A stretch of 64,000 nucleotides of DNA from Oikopleura dioica (Eukaryota; Animalia; Chordata): NCBI GenBank assembly GCA_907165135.1, contig OU015568.1:9300001-9364000 (forward strand), in the 5' to 3' direction. Under the pieces are notes generated by a model that had not been told where the DNA came from, made no database searches, and saw only the letters and a program-made list of their open reading frames with translations. Each line of letters begins with the position of its first letter. Position 1 is the first letter of the stretch. The translations under genes were made by a program, and so were the position numbers. This document shows, in pieces, positions 13,743-26,794 of the stretch.

Positions 13743-16700
13743 ATGGTGACGGTAAAAGAGTTTCGCATCGCGATGCCGATGAAGGTCGAGGAGTACCAAC
13801 GCGCACAGGTAATTTGAAAAGCTAATTACCGTAGACACGTCTTCTGAACTCGAAGAAAATTTAGTCAACCCTATTTAGTTGAGATTGTTATTGATGAGGT
13901 TAATTAGAATTTCAGCTCTATATGATCATGAAAAAGTCAAAAGAAGAAAGCGAGGGGGAAGATAGCGGAGTCCAAATCATCAAAAACGAGCCTTATACTG
14001 ACGGCCCTGGCGGCTGCGGACAGTATACTGAGAAGATTTACTACGTGCAGAAGCACTTACCCAGCATGGTCAAAGCTGTCTTACCAAAAGGTAAAGCGAC
14101 AAATCTCAAGAGTCAATAATCCAGAATCGCTGTAGATTCGCTGACAGTCAAGGAATGTTCGTGGAACGCCTATCCTTACACAAAGACGGTCTTTACAACC
14201 CCCGCGCTTGATAAATTCAATATCGATATTGAAACGAAGTTTTTGCCCGACCCAGGAATATCCGATAATGTATTCAATCTATCGCCGCACGAGAGGGAAA
14301 ATGTTCAGATTGATGTATTGGACATGTGCAGGTAATTACCGTTAACTTTGCTGTATAAAAATATTCTCGATTCTCAGGGAGAAAACTGGAGGTAGAAAAG
14401 AAGAAGACCCAACAGAATACGTCTCGCAAACAACTCGCAGAGGCCCTTTGCCGGAAAACTGGCTAGAGGAGACTCAGCAAAAGGATGCGAATAGCTGGGG
14501 AGATGTCATGTGCTCGTATAAACTAGTCAAAGTGGAGTTTAAGTACTGGGGGATTCAGCGAAAAATGGAAAATTGGATCTTAGACCTTGCTCTTAGAAAG
14601 ACAATTTTAAAGGTTCTGAAGAAGATAGAAATTCCACTTTCTAGTGATATTTTCAGGGTCACCAGCAAGCCTGGACCTGGCAAGACGAGTGGTTCAATTT
14701 GACCATGGAAGATATCCGGTTACTGGAAAAGGAAACTCAACAAAAGCTCGCACTCAAGTTCCAAAATTCATCAACGACGATGGAAAACACTTGCAATTCC
14801 GATGAGTTGCAATCGGCTATTCCAAACTTTGAGCAAGGCTCAGGTTAATTTTAAAAATATATCACTACTTTTCGTTCTCGTTTAAAAAACAACGCTTCCT
14901 GTAAATAGAAATATACATTTTATCCGCGCTCATTTCATTCTTCTTTTTGTGTTTATGTTTCATTCATTTGCATGCTCATTATAATAAGGTATAATTTGAA
15001 ATTAACCCATAAAAAGTCGAGTCGGAGAGCTCAGACGATGAGTTCTTTGATGCAATGTCCCGAATGTCGGAGGCAACAATGACGAATCGGCGTGGATCTG
15101 ATGTGACTTTCCACTCGATTTACGCTAGTGATGAGTTCTCCGTCAGTCCAGACAGTGGAGCTAATCAACAGGAGCCACCCGAAATTGCCAATCTCATAAT
15201 TGGGAGGGCTTTTTATCGAACATATTTGCATAAATAACCATATGCCAAAGGGGTAACTATTGTAAAAAGCCAATTTACCGTCGTACATACTGCCAACATT
15301 CTCGGCTACGAAGCGACCGCAAATGATGATGTGCAAGTTTTTCGCGGAACAATTCAAGCGGTGCTCAAATCGCAGTTTCCAACGATTAACCCGAACATGG
15401 TCCAAGTTGAGGAGATCACCTTATCGCACGTGAATGAGCAGCTCATCCGAGGAGCAAAGTCTTGCGCCGTTAACACGACCATTTCGCCACAAATTCCATT
15501 ACTGGCCGCGTCTGACAATCGCTGGGCAGATACTGTGGAAGAGCTTCAATTCAAAATAGGAAAATGGGCTCTACGGCTAAGCCGACTATTTGCGGACAAA
15601 AAATAGATCAGAGTATAATCTTTCCCTGTTTATAAATTGATTTTCTTCTGAAAATATCGGCGTAATTAAAAAGGGTCTAAGGCTTAAATTCTTAGCTTTA
15701 AATTTAAATGTGTAAGTATGGGCGTTTTTTGTCCCCAAATACCAGGAGACTTATTGATTGAAAGTTTAAAAGTATTGATAGTTTCGGAGACTGAACCCTT
15801 TAAAAAGAATCCATCGTTGATCGCCTCTCTCGTCGACGCAAGTTCGAAGGACAGGTCTACCTGGTCGGCGACGTCTTAGGCGGCTTAGTTTGCTACGATA
15901 TGATAAATCACTTGTACGATAATGTGTCCAAGCAAGAAACAAATAGTCTTCAAACGGCAGGCAATCCTGTCTTTTCAAAGCGATCTTCTATGGATCATCC
16001 TTCGATCAGCCGATCGCATTCTCTTCGTTCTGAGCGCTCCCAGACGTCACAGGCTTCACATTCCTCGACTGGTTCATTCGAATACGGAATCGACTTTGCA
16101 GGATTGTTGCTATTCAACTGCCCCCTTGCATACATGATTCTTCAGCGAAAGTACTCCGGAATGAAAGTACCTCCGATCCACGTTCCGATTTTCAACCTAT
16201 TCTACCCTATCGACCAAAACGCTGCCCGACTTGAGCCGATTTTCATGCAAGATGAGTGCCCTAACGAGCCGATTCTCCTCTGCAGAAGAGATTTATGTAA
16301 GAACAAATAGTATTCTTTGTTGTCTTCCTTTTTGGACATGATTCCGAGTTTTTTTCCTGGCACCACTTTTTTCTAGCAACATTCCTATTTTCAGCGAAAC
16401 CACTGTTCAATACAAGCATTCATACAAGCCGGAGTGGGTTTGATTCCTTGGCGAGCACGCCAACGGCCAGACGCCGGAGGCTAGTGACCGGCAGTTTGCG
16501 GTCGTTTTTCACGCGAAGCACGGGAGCAAAAAAGTCATCCTTTGACTCTACGGCCTCGAGTCCCGGAGTTTCGAGGCAGGAGACGAGAAACAGTGAGAAT
16601 TCACAACAAAACACCTCTTCTGCGGAAAATGCAGTCTTTCATTCTAATGACAAGCGACGATGTCACTCGTCTACTGGAACCGTCCTTTCCGCATCGGACT

Positions 16701-18388
16701 TTGCTTCTATTGGTAAATAGAACATCCCCGTCCAAAACAAACTGTCAACGCGCAAAAAGGTTGAAAACCAAACTTTTACGCGCGTTGGGCCTAACAAAAC
16801 ATAGCCACCGCAAAAACGGGGAAGACCTGATTTTGTATGACTCGTAGAAATCCGTCTGCAATCCAGCATGAAGATCGTGTTATAGAAAACATGTAGCACT
16901 TTTTCATAAGGCACCCTTAGCACTCGATTATGGAATCATTTTCATAATATCGTCACGTGATTCAATGTCTTCAATTATTTGTCCTTCTAACCTTTTTCTT
17001 AATAAATTGGTGTAGATACCGGCTGCCCGCGGATTGATTACATGCTCTCCTGTCCGGACGGGTTAGCGACGATGTCATCTAAATGTCTCCCACAATATCT
17101 TTACGCTGCGTTTTGGGAATCAGCTGACGCCGCTTCGGTAAAAACATTAATCGCATTAGAAATCGGCTCATTTTGCTTTCAATTTTAGCTCCTGCTCAAG
17201 CAAGCTATTTACGTCGAGTCCACGCATGCAGGTCATGCGAACGATGAGGATACCCTTAATCCACACAAGACTTCCACAAGGTGGCAGAGAAGACGTACCA
17301 CACTCAAAGTTAGAAATCTCGAGCCAAATCACAGAGCACAGGTTAGCGAAGGCCAAAGTCTTTCGACCCCAACAGCACTTTTAGGACTGTATTACCACTG
17401 AAGGAAGCTCTCCTGTGATTTCAGGCAGATTCTCTTACGGTTTCTTTGACGTAGCAATGCTGACGGGAGAAAAGGTCGAGCTTCAAATTCGCTCTGACAT
17501 CTCCGAATCTGGGTGGGAGACGATAGACTCGCAGGATACCGACTCCAATGGCCGCGTTTCTTTCACCCTTCCTCCTGGTAATTGAATTCGTATTGCTTCA
17601 ACTGATGATGTTCTAGGTCGATTCAAATCTGTTGCATTGTATCATTTCCGATTAAACGTAACTGGTGATAATTCTTCATGCTTTTGCTCTCTCGCTATCG
17701 TCCCCCGTCAATCCAAATGCGTCGTTTTCTCCATTGACAGTTCTTTTGCTGGATCAGGTAGGCCAAAACCCCATCCAGATTTTAATCGAGGCTTCTTTTT
17801 AGTATCGATTCTGGGAACGGATCCGAAAGTACGGCCAGCTTCGGTGGATGTAGCGCGTTTTTGGAACGACAACGACTATCTAATTTTGTATATTTCCTCC
17901 CGACCCGACATGATGAAAAATAGAGTCGTTTCTTGGCTCAAACAACACAATTTTCCAAATGGCTTCACATTTTTCCAAAAGTAAAGAGAAAGATCGTCCA
18001 ATCCACCCTAATTCGATCTCTTTCAGGGGGATCCACCATGATCCTTATGCGAAAAAGTGCGAAATGCTCAAGAAAATCATCTCTTCCAGCGAACTTGACG
18101 TGGCTGCTGCTTATGGGGGGCCAAAAGACTTGCAAATATATCGCTCAATAAATATCCCAACGAGGTCGATTTTTGTCGTTGGGAGCAAGGGCAAGAATAA
18201 AATTCAAAATATGGGAACCGTAAGTCCTTCAAATTCTCATAGCAGCACTAATGGCACTTTAGGTCCTTTCCGAAGGATACAATGTCCACCTGGACTGGCT
18301 TCGAAATTCGCCATTCCAAAATTTGCCGCAGTCCGCTAATTCCGCCTCCCGACTGATTCTGAAACGCCAGACAACCTGCTTACATTGA
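13743..18388 (+). CDS. PITPNM: Membrane-associated phosphatidylinositol transfer protein (rdgB/Nir2/Nir3 type): PITP, FFAT, DDHD and LNS2 domains
   Basis: LYMIMKKSKEES...NEPYTDGPGGCGQYTEKIY; FFAT SDDEFFDAM near 15031-15057; FNLFYPIDQNAARLEP; RIDYML; YISSRPDMMK; VLSEGYNVHL. Confidence 0.93.
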
Positions 18389-18802
18389 AAAAGCTCTTCA
18401 CTGATTGAATTGTTTACTTGCTTATTTCTTCCGAATCCCATATTTTCAACTCGACTATTTCTTTATTTATGTTTATTTACTATTTATTTATCGCTTTCAA
18501 AGTTCTTCTCAATTATACTATTCTTGCCGATTCCACCTCAATTTAATTTTCAATTTAGTTATTGCTTTCTGATTTTCATCAACTTTGATTTTCAACCTTT
18601 AAAATTTTCCTTTTGTTCATAAAAATCCTTGCATCCTGCTGTTTTACCTACTTTCCTTTTCGAATTCTTCTCAATCAAGTTCAAAATTCCAAAAAAAAAA
18701 TCTTCAAAAATGTTTTGTTTCATTAGGCGATCTCTAGAATGCGCGCTGGGATCTTGTTGATTTACAGACAGATCGTCAGTTGCGCAGAAATCAAAAATCT
18801 CA

Positions 18803-20093
18803 ATGCTGAATCCAAATCCAAACTTTGACGATGGAGGCTCCCGCCGAGCATCGGCGCGTTCCAATCTCGCTGAAACTGGCGAGCTGCGACGAACCTCAAC
18901 AATAAATCCAGAACAAGGCCAGCTCCGACGAACTTCGACGATGAATCCGGAACAGGGCCAGCTAAGGCGTACGTCGACGATGAATCCAGAACAAGGAGAC
19001 CTCAGGCGAACATCAGAGATGAGAAGAGCTTCGATGAGTCTTGGCCTGGCGCCTGTACCTGGAGACGTGGCGAGACGAGTCTCAAATCTAAATCAAATTC
19101 CTGAAAACGGAGTTGCAGAAAATGATGAAGCGCCGGGTTCAGTCATTCCGAAGCGAACTTCAACAATGAGCCAGTCTGGCGGCGTTAGATCTATTAAAAT
19201 ACGAAGAGCTTCAGTTGCGCTGCATTCAATGGACGAATGTCTTCCAGGTAGATGAAAACTTTTATGAAGAAATTTTTTGGATGATGATTTTTAGGGTCAA
19301 ATCGCTCGGAAATCAAAAACAGAAGAGAATCATTCAGCGTCCTCGGAGCTGGTTCGACCGATGAAAATGATGCTGCAACGAGAAGAGTCTCAAAACGAGG
19401 CTCGATCTTTGGCAACAGCCGCAGAGAGTCATCGATGGGCAGTGGAATGCCAAAAGGTCTTGAAATGCTAGTTACTCCAGATGTGGTTCAATCAATTGAC
19501 GAAGACGAAAACGCAAAAGACAAGGAAAAGGCGGTCATCATTGAAACGAAAGAAACGCTCATGGAAAAACAAGGACGAAAAGATCTTCTCAAATTAAATG
19601 TAAGCTTGGACTTCATCGGATAATAATCCTAACAAGAAGTATTTTAGTTGATGTTCATATTCTTCAGCTTCATAACGTTATCTGGAATAAGTGGCATCAT
19701 AACTGTAAGTATTCTCAAATTTAATGATTCTTAGCCTGTTCAAAGATAAAAAAATCTATTCAAAGACGTATTCATAGTCAACTAAGGCAGTAAACTCTTC
19801 TTTAAGATTATCTACGCTGTTCCAGCAGATTCGCCCTACCAATGGCTAGTAATCTTATTAACCGCCTTCACCATTCTCGGTTCCTGGGGCACTGCGTTTT
19901 GTCAAGGCTGGCAGCCACCTGCAAAAACTCTGTAAGTCTTCACTCTTTCAACCCCTTCTTCACGAAATTTTCTAGTGACATGGAGCGAGACGAACGAATC
20001 CAAAACTTGAAAAACATCTTCATGGCTAAAGAAGTCAACGACTACAACAAATACAACAAACAAATCATTTACGACGACGAAGACGACGATTGA
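18803..20093 (+). CDS. Uncharacterised protein: disordered RRxS/T-rich N-terminus and two C-terminal hydrophobic segments
   Basis: 150-aa first exon with 13-aa repeats. Spliced downstream exons give LMFIFFSFITLSGISGIIT and WLVILLTAFTILGSWGTAF, ending DDEDDD*. Confidence 0.7.
18881..19015 (+). repeat. Coding 39-bp tandem repeat, about 3.5 copies, encoding (E/Q/D)LRRTST(I/M)NPEQG
   Basis: Visible directly in the DNA and in ORF 18803..19255. Confidence 0.9.
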
Positions 20094-20475
20094 AATTTCG
20101 AATATACTCGCCAGATTTGCAGTAAACTTTACTGTATTCCTTTTACCTGTTCATGTATCTTTATTTTTCTATCACTAAATATATTTTCTCACAAAATTCG
20201 GTCTTTTAAATCGTCTTTCCGTTTCAGAATGTCTTTGAAAACTTTTGCTTCTTTTTTCCCCGATAACCCTACTAATTGTTATCATTTCTAATATTATTCT
20301 TATTCAACAGTAGAATATTTACAATATCTATTTATATACACATCTATTTATAAATATTTATCCATCCTTTCTTGCTAGAATCTTTTAATTTATCCAAAAA
20401 CCAAATCAAAAAGAGCAAAAAAAGTTTCTGTTTATTTGAATCCCGAGTAAATCAATCCCAAACGCAAATCCCGAA

Positions 20476-23400
20476 ATGGGAAAGAAAAATCGTCGAAATA
20501 AAAATGCTGCTGCGACGAGTGGAGACGATATGAGCGATGTAAGTACTCTTCGCATGCGGCAGGGGGTTAACTTTACAATTTTACTTCCAGGTCTCCTCCA
20601 TGATGTCATTTTCGACGGCGGCTTCAGAGCGCTCCGAATCCGACCACGTGGAATACATCGACGACGATTCTAAGTTCAAAATGATGATCGACGGAATCGG
20701 CAACAAAAACTCGAAGACCTCGGTGCCTGCGCTCAAATTCGTTTTCACAAAGATGCAACAGATGCCAATGACTACCGTGGGCGAGAGATATCACGACGGA
20801 GTCTGAGGGCCCGGGCCGGGGTTTTGAATATTTCGCGCACATTCAAGTATTTTCCCATGCCTGATGGAGGACTTTTATCTGGTGGAAGAAACAATTGATG
20901 GAAGATAGGTCTAACCTAGACTCTTTAAGATTATTTAATCCTTTACTAATAAATAGATAATCATTTTAAAAAATCTTGATCATGTGACTCTTGGAGGACC
21001 CCTGGAGGACCTTTTCTGGTGGAAGACCGGCCTTCCTGGAAGACCCTTAAAATTCAGCCCCGTTCCATGATTTTTAAATTTAAGGGGCTTGACGGCCCTT
21101 CGGGCCGTCTCAGCCCCGTTCCATGATTTTTAAATTTAAGGGGCTTGACGGCCCTTCGGGCCGTCTCAGCCCCGTTCCATGATTTTTAAATTTAAGGGGC
21201 TTGACGGCCCTTCGGGCCGTCTCAGCCCCGTTCCATGATTTTTAAATTTAAGGGGCTTGACGGCCCTTCGGGCCGTCTCAGCCCCGTTCCATGATTTTTA
21301 AATTTAAGGGGCTTGACGGCCCTTCGGGCCGTCTCAGCCCCGTTCCATGATTTTTAAATTTAAGGGGCTTGACGGCCCTTCGGGCCGTCTCAGCCCCGTT
21401 CCATGATTTTTAAATTTAAGGGGCTTGACGGCCCTTCGGGCCGTCTCAGCCCCGTTCCATGATTTTTAAATTTAAGGGGCTTGACGGCCCTTCGGGCCGT
21501 CTCAGCCCCGTTCCATGATTTTTAAATTTAAGGGGCTTGACGGCCCTTCGGGCCGTCTCAGCCCCGTTCCATGATTTTTAAATTTAAGGGCTTGACGGCC
21601 CTTCGGGCCGTCTCAGCCCCGTTCCATGATTTTAAATTTAAGGGGCTTGACGGCCCTTCGGGCCGTCTCAGCCCCGTTCCATGATTTTTAAATTTAAGGG
21701 GCTTGACGGCCCTTCGGGCCGTTGACGGCCCTTCGGGCCGTCTCAGCCCCGTTCCATGATTTTTAAATTTAAGGGGCTTGACGGCCCTTCGGGCCGTCTC
21801 AGCCCCGTTCCATGATTTTTAAATTTAAGGGGCTTGACGGCCCTTCGGGCCGTCTCAGCCCCGTTCCATGATTTTTAAATTTAAGGGGCTTGACGGCCCT
21901 TCGGGCCGTCTCAGCCCCGTTCCATGATTTTTAAATTTAAGGGGCTTGACGGCCCTTCGGGCCGTCTCAGCCCCGTTCCATGATTTTTAAATTTAAGGGG
22001 CTTGACGGCCCTTCGGGCCGTCTCAGCCCCGTTCCATGATTTTTAAATTTAAGGGGCTTGACGGCCCTTCGGGCCGTCTCAGCCCCGTTCCATGATTTTT
22101 AAATTTAAGGGCTTGACGGCCCTTCGGGCCGTCTCAGCCCCGTTCCATGATTTTAAATTTAAGGGGCTTGACGGCCCTTCGGGCCGTCTCAGCCCCGTTC
22201 CATGATTTTTAAATTTAAGGGGCTTGACGGCCCTTCGGGCCGTCTCAGCCCCGTTCCATGATTTTTAAATTTAAGGGGCTTGACGGCCCTTCGGGCCGTC
22301 TCAGCCCCGTTCCATGATTTTTAAATTTAAGGGCTTGACGGCCCTTCGGGCCGTCTCAGCCCCGTTCCATGATTTTTAAATTTAAGGGCTTGACGGCCCT
22401 TCGGGCCGTCTCAGCCCCGTTCCATGATTTTAAATTTAAGGGGCTTGACGGCCCTTCGGGCCGTCTCAGCCCCGTTCCATGATTTTTAAATTTAAGGGCT
22501 TGACGGCCCTTCGGGCCGTCTCAGCCCCGTTCCATGATTTTTAAATTTAAGGGCTTGACGGCCCTTCGGGCCGTCTCAGCCCCGTTCCATGATTTTTAAA
22601 TTTAAGGGCTTGACGGCCCTTCGGGCCGTCTCAGCCCCGTTCCATGATTTTAAATTTAAGGGCTTGACGGCCCTTCGGGCCGTCTCAGCCCCGTTCCATG
22701 ATTTTTAAATTTAAGGGGCTTGACGGCCCTTCGGGCCGTCTCAGCCCCGTTCCATGATTTTTAAATTTAAGGGCTTGACGGCCCTTCGGGCCGTCTCAGC
22801 CCCGTTCCATGATTTTTAAATTTAAGGGCTTGACGGCCCTTCGGGCCGTCTCAGCCCCGTTCCATGATTTTTAAATTTAAGGGCTTGACGGCCCTTCGGG
22901 CCGTCTCAGCCCCGTTCCATGATTTTTAAATTTAAGGGGCTTGACGGCCCTTCGGGCCGTCTCAGCCCCGTTCCATGATTTTTAAATTTAAGGGCTTGAC
23001 GGCCCTTCGGGCCGTCTCAGCCCCGTTCCATGATTTTTAAATTTAAGGGGCTTGACGGCCCTTCGGGCCGTCTCAGCCCCGTTCCATGATTTTAAATTTA
23101 AGGGGCTTGACGGCCCTTCGGGCCGTCTCAGCCCCGTTCCATGATTTTTAAATTTAAGGGGCTTGACGGCCCTTCGGGCCGTCTCAGCCCCGTTCCATGA
23201 TTTTAAATTTAAGGGCTTGACGGCCCTTCGGGCCGTCTCAGCCCCGTTCCATGATTTTAAATTTAAGGGCTTGACGGCCCTTCGGGCCGTCTCAGCCCCG
23301 TTCCATGATTTTAAATTTAAGGGCTTGACGGCCCTTCGGGCCGTCTCAGCCCCGTTCCATGATTTTAAATTTAAGGGCTTGACGGCCCTTCGGGCCGTCT

Positions 23401-26021
23401 CAGCCCCGTTCCATGATTTTTAAATTTAAGGGCTTGACGGCCCTTCGGGCCGTCTCAGCCCCGTTCCATGATTTTTAAATTTAAGGGGCTTGACGGCCCT
23501 TCGGGCCGTCTCAGCCCCGTTCCATGATTTTTAAATTTAAGGGGCTTGACGGCCCTTCGGGCCGTCTCAGCCCCGTTCCATGATTTTTAAATTTAAGGGG
23601 CTTGACGGCCCTTCGGGCCGTCTCAGCCCCGTTCCATGATTTTTAAATTTAAGGGCTTGACGGCCCTTCGGGCCGTCTCAGCCCCGTTCCATGATTTTTA
23701 AATTTAAGGGGCTTGACGGCCCTTCGGGCCGTCTCAGCCCCGTTCCATGATTTTTAAATTTAAGGGGCTTGACGGCCCTTCGGGCCGTCTCAGCCCCGTT
23801 CCATGATTTTTAAATTTAAGGGCTTGACGGCCCTTCGGGCCGTCTCAGCCCCGTTCCATGATTTTTAAATTTAAGGGGCTTGACAATGGCTGGGAACTCC
23901 GAGGTGATCAATCTCAGTCCCCAACCCCGCCCACACCCATCGTTTTTAAAATTCAAATTGATCAAGTTTTCAATTATTTTATGGTTTTGAATATATTTTA
24001 TCAATTTAAAGATTTTCTTTGATTATTATTTACAAATTATTATTATTTAATTTATTTATTATTAAAACAAAATCAAAGTTATAAAAATTGAAGGAAGAAG
24101 AAGTTTCTTAGGTCAATTATTGAGAGAGGTGAATTGTGAAAAATGTTTCTAGACGGGGGGTTGTTGTTGTTCTTCGCGGAGGACCCACTCCCACGTGGCG
24201 CAAGATGCGCGCCAAAAAGAGCAAAAAGATTGGGACGAGAAAAACACGCGCAAATGCCCCAATCTATTTCGCTCTCCGTCGTGAAATCTCTCGCCCACGG
24301 TACCCTTCTTTCATCGCAAAAACTGACCTTGTCTACTGAGCTTTACCGCGCGTTGAGAAAGGTTCGTAAAATCCTGATTCCAAAAATTCAAGATTCGTTC
24401 GAAAACGACTCTTTTTCCGCTTAGATAATTTTATCTATAGGCGAAAGGTGATTTCCGTCTGATGCTTCTCAAATGCCTTGCTGTGCTCTTTCTTTCTCTC
24501 GATGAAGAAGACGCCAACGAAATATTCGAAGACGTGCAGCGCGAGTTGCTCGCTTCTCTGAAAGGTGCAATGTCCTTGAACTTGAATTTGTGTTGAGCAC
24601 TGTGAAAATTCAGATAAAGTCAAGGACGCCGCCCTTGCCTTGGGCATCGTCTCATCAACTTGCTTCAACCCAGACCTCGTTGCGCCAACTTTTGCTGCAT
24701 ATAGAGATATAATAAAACGCGCTTATTTGAAAGGTACTAAAAATAGCCGAAGAGAAAGTAACAAAAATTAAGGCGATGATGAGCCACCTGTTTTGAAAGG
24801 AACTGAATCGACGCTTATCACAGCCTGCCTTGAGAGCTGGACTTATCTTCTTGCTGCTTCTTCACATTATGGAGGGTTGGTCCTTAATTTATCAAACGTT
24901 TTTTGATATCTTCCTTCTATTCAATATAATCGGAAAGAATTGCTTTTCTCGCTCATAATCATCTTTCTTCGGTCGATTACTATCAAGTTTATTCATGAAT
25001 TTTAGTTTTCGTCGACTCATCGAAAAAGAAATCGACGAACTTTCTCCAGAGCTTCCTGGAATTCTCCGCTCAGCGTCTGTGGAGGTCCGATTGGCAGCTA
25101 GTGAAGCCGCAGCGGTAATTTCCCTTTTTACTTCATTTATTTTATCTTTCTTTTGCTTGCAGATAGTGACAGAAGTGGCCCGAGACTTCCGAGGCGATGA
25201 GTTTGACTTTGACAATGTCGACGACATACTGGATTGTCTTGACAATCTTGCTCAAGGAACAGCGGTCGGCGGTGGCTCCGTCAAATCGCTTAAGAAAAAC
25301 GACAGAAAGAACCAGAAACTGACAGTTAGAAATACAAGAGTAAGTTCACTTCAAATAGTGAAAACTACAAAATCACTCTTTAAAATGAAGAATCGTCCAT
25401 TTATTTATTCTGTGTTTTCTGCGACTTATTGATCCCGTTGTGAAAGCCAACAATGTTTTCACCAACAAACGAACTGTCGCTATAAGAAAAATGGAGATAC
25501 ACAGCTGAGTAGATCGAGAATTCTTCTACTTCAGTTGCCGGAAGGCCTAACAGTTATTTTAGGACCTGATTCTCGATCGAGAACCTGCCGATGTAAAAAC
25601 AGTTCAAATTTCAATCCAAGAACTTCTCGAGCTCGATACCTACTGTGACATTACTCGTTATGAGGTTTCATTTCAATATAATTCTATATCCAATTACGCT
25701 ATATATATTTATAAACACAGGTCTTATCAAATCTAATCAGGGAATTTGCTGGTGCTTGGAAGGCGGGATTAACATGCACTTGACTTACAACGAGCTTTTA
25801 CGAAACGCGGACTGGTTCGAACTCGGATCGATTGTACCCCGAGTCACCAAATTGGATAAACTCGATGCCATCGTAAGTTTCCAATTACCAGCGCTCATCC
25901 TTATCCCTCTCCCAAGGACAAGCTCCACCGCCAAGTCATCCGCGGCCAAATCGACAAGAATCGCAACAATCAGATCAAGAAAGAGCGACAGAATCGAGCT
26001 GACGACCACTACTACGACTGA
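20476..26021 (+). CDS. IFRD1: Interferon-related developmental regulator (IFRD1/2) locus, interrupted by a satellite; continuity across the array is uncertain
   Basis: MGKKNRR...KFKMMIDGIGNKNSKT upstream. Downstream: LTLSTELYRALRK, TLITACLESWTYLL, VRLAASEAAA, SLKKNDRKNQK, GGINMHLTYNELLRNADWFELG. Confidence 0.75.
21054..23884. repeat. 56-bp tandem satellite, about 50 copies: TCAGCCCCGTTCCATGATTTTTAAATTTAAGGGGCTTGACGGCCCTTCGGGCCGTC
   Basis: The pattern shifts 4 nt per 60-nt line. Copies differ almost only in G3/G4 and T4/T5 run length, plus one 19-nt internal duplication near 21703-21740. Confidence 0.99.
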
Positions 26022-26794
26022 AAGATCTATCGCCCCTCGGGCCATGTCAGACCTTGCCATAAGGCTTATCTTCCCGACTATATTTAACTTGTGCTTTCGT
26101 TTTTAAAATTTCTGAATCTCCAGCAGTTCAACAAATATGCTCTGAAATACCCAACATAGAATGTGTCATACTACCTTTTGCTAGTAACTAAAAAACTTTA
26201 TCCTCCTTTTTGAAATCGTGACGATAACATTTAAGTAACCCGTGTATCTTCAACGTATATTTATATTCAATTCTACTCTTTTTCTCAAAAAAATCACTTC
26301 TCTTCTGCTCTAACTCCAAATATAATTATATTTTATTCAACGATAGATTTAAAAAAAGACTGAAAGAAAAAATTGAAACATGGTGCTCCGTACTTTTTTG
26401 CTTTTTGTGTGATAAATTATGTTTCCGATTTGATAACTTTTTTTAGTTAGTTTCATCTTTTATAGATTGGACGATGAGGCTCGGTCGTACCAGGTTTAAA
26501 TCACCCATTTAATCCCATTTTACTCGCCCTTTCAGCCAATTCCAAATCTTACCCGCAAATTGAGATTCTGAATTGCATTGAGACTCTCCCCCTTCTCAAG
26601 AGTTGAACCAACCGCTGCCCAAAGTACACCAACCGGACCGGATTCAAAAGCACCACAAACCACTACCTGTACCTTACCTCCTGTACCTCGAAAACCAAAC
26701 CAAAACCCGAGCGATTATTTCATTTTCTTTTGCACAAGTTCCCTCGAAAAACCTAACTTTGAACTTAACCGATTCAGTTCAAGAGTCCAAAAAT

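Noticed and set aside
23163-23423. 86-aa repetitive ORF (TALRAVSAPFHDFKFKG)
   Set aside because: It arises from a run of 54-bp monomer variants that happen to keep the frame open.
21054-23884. CRISPR-like array of palindromic repeats
   Set aside because: Units are head-to-tail identical with no unique spacers, there are no cas genes, and the context is eukaryotic.
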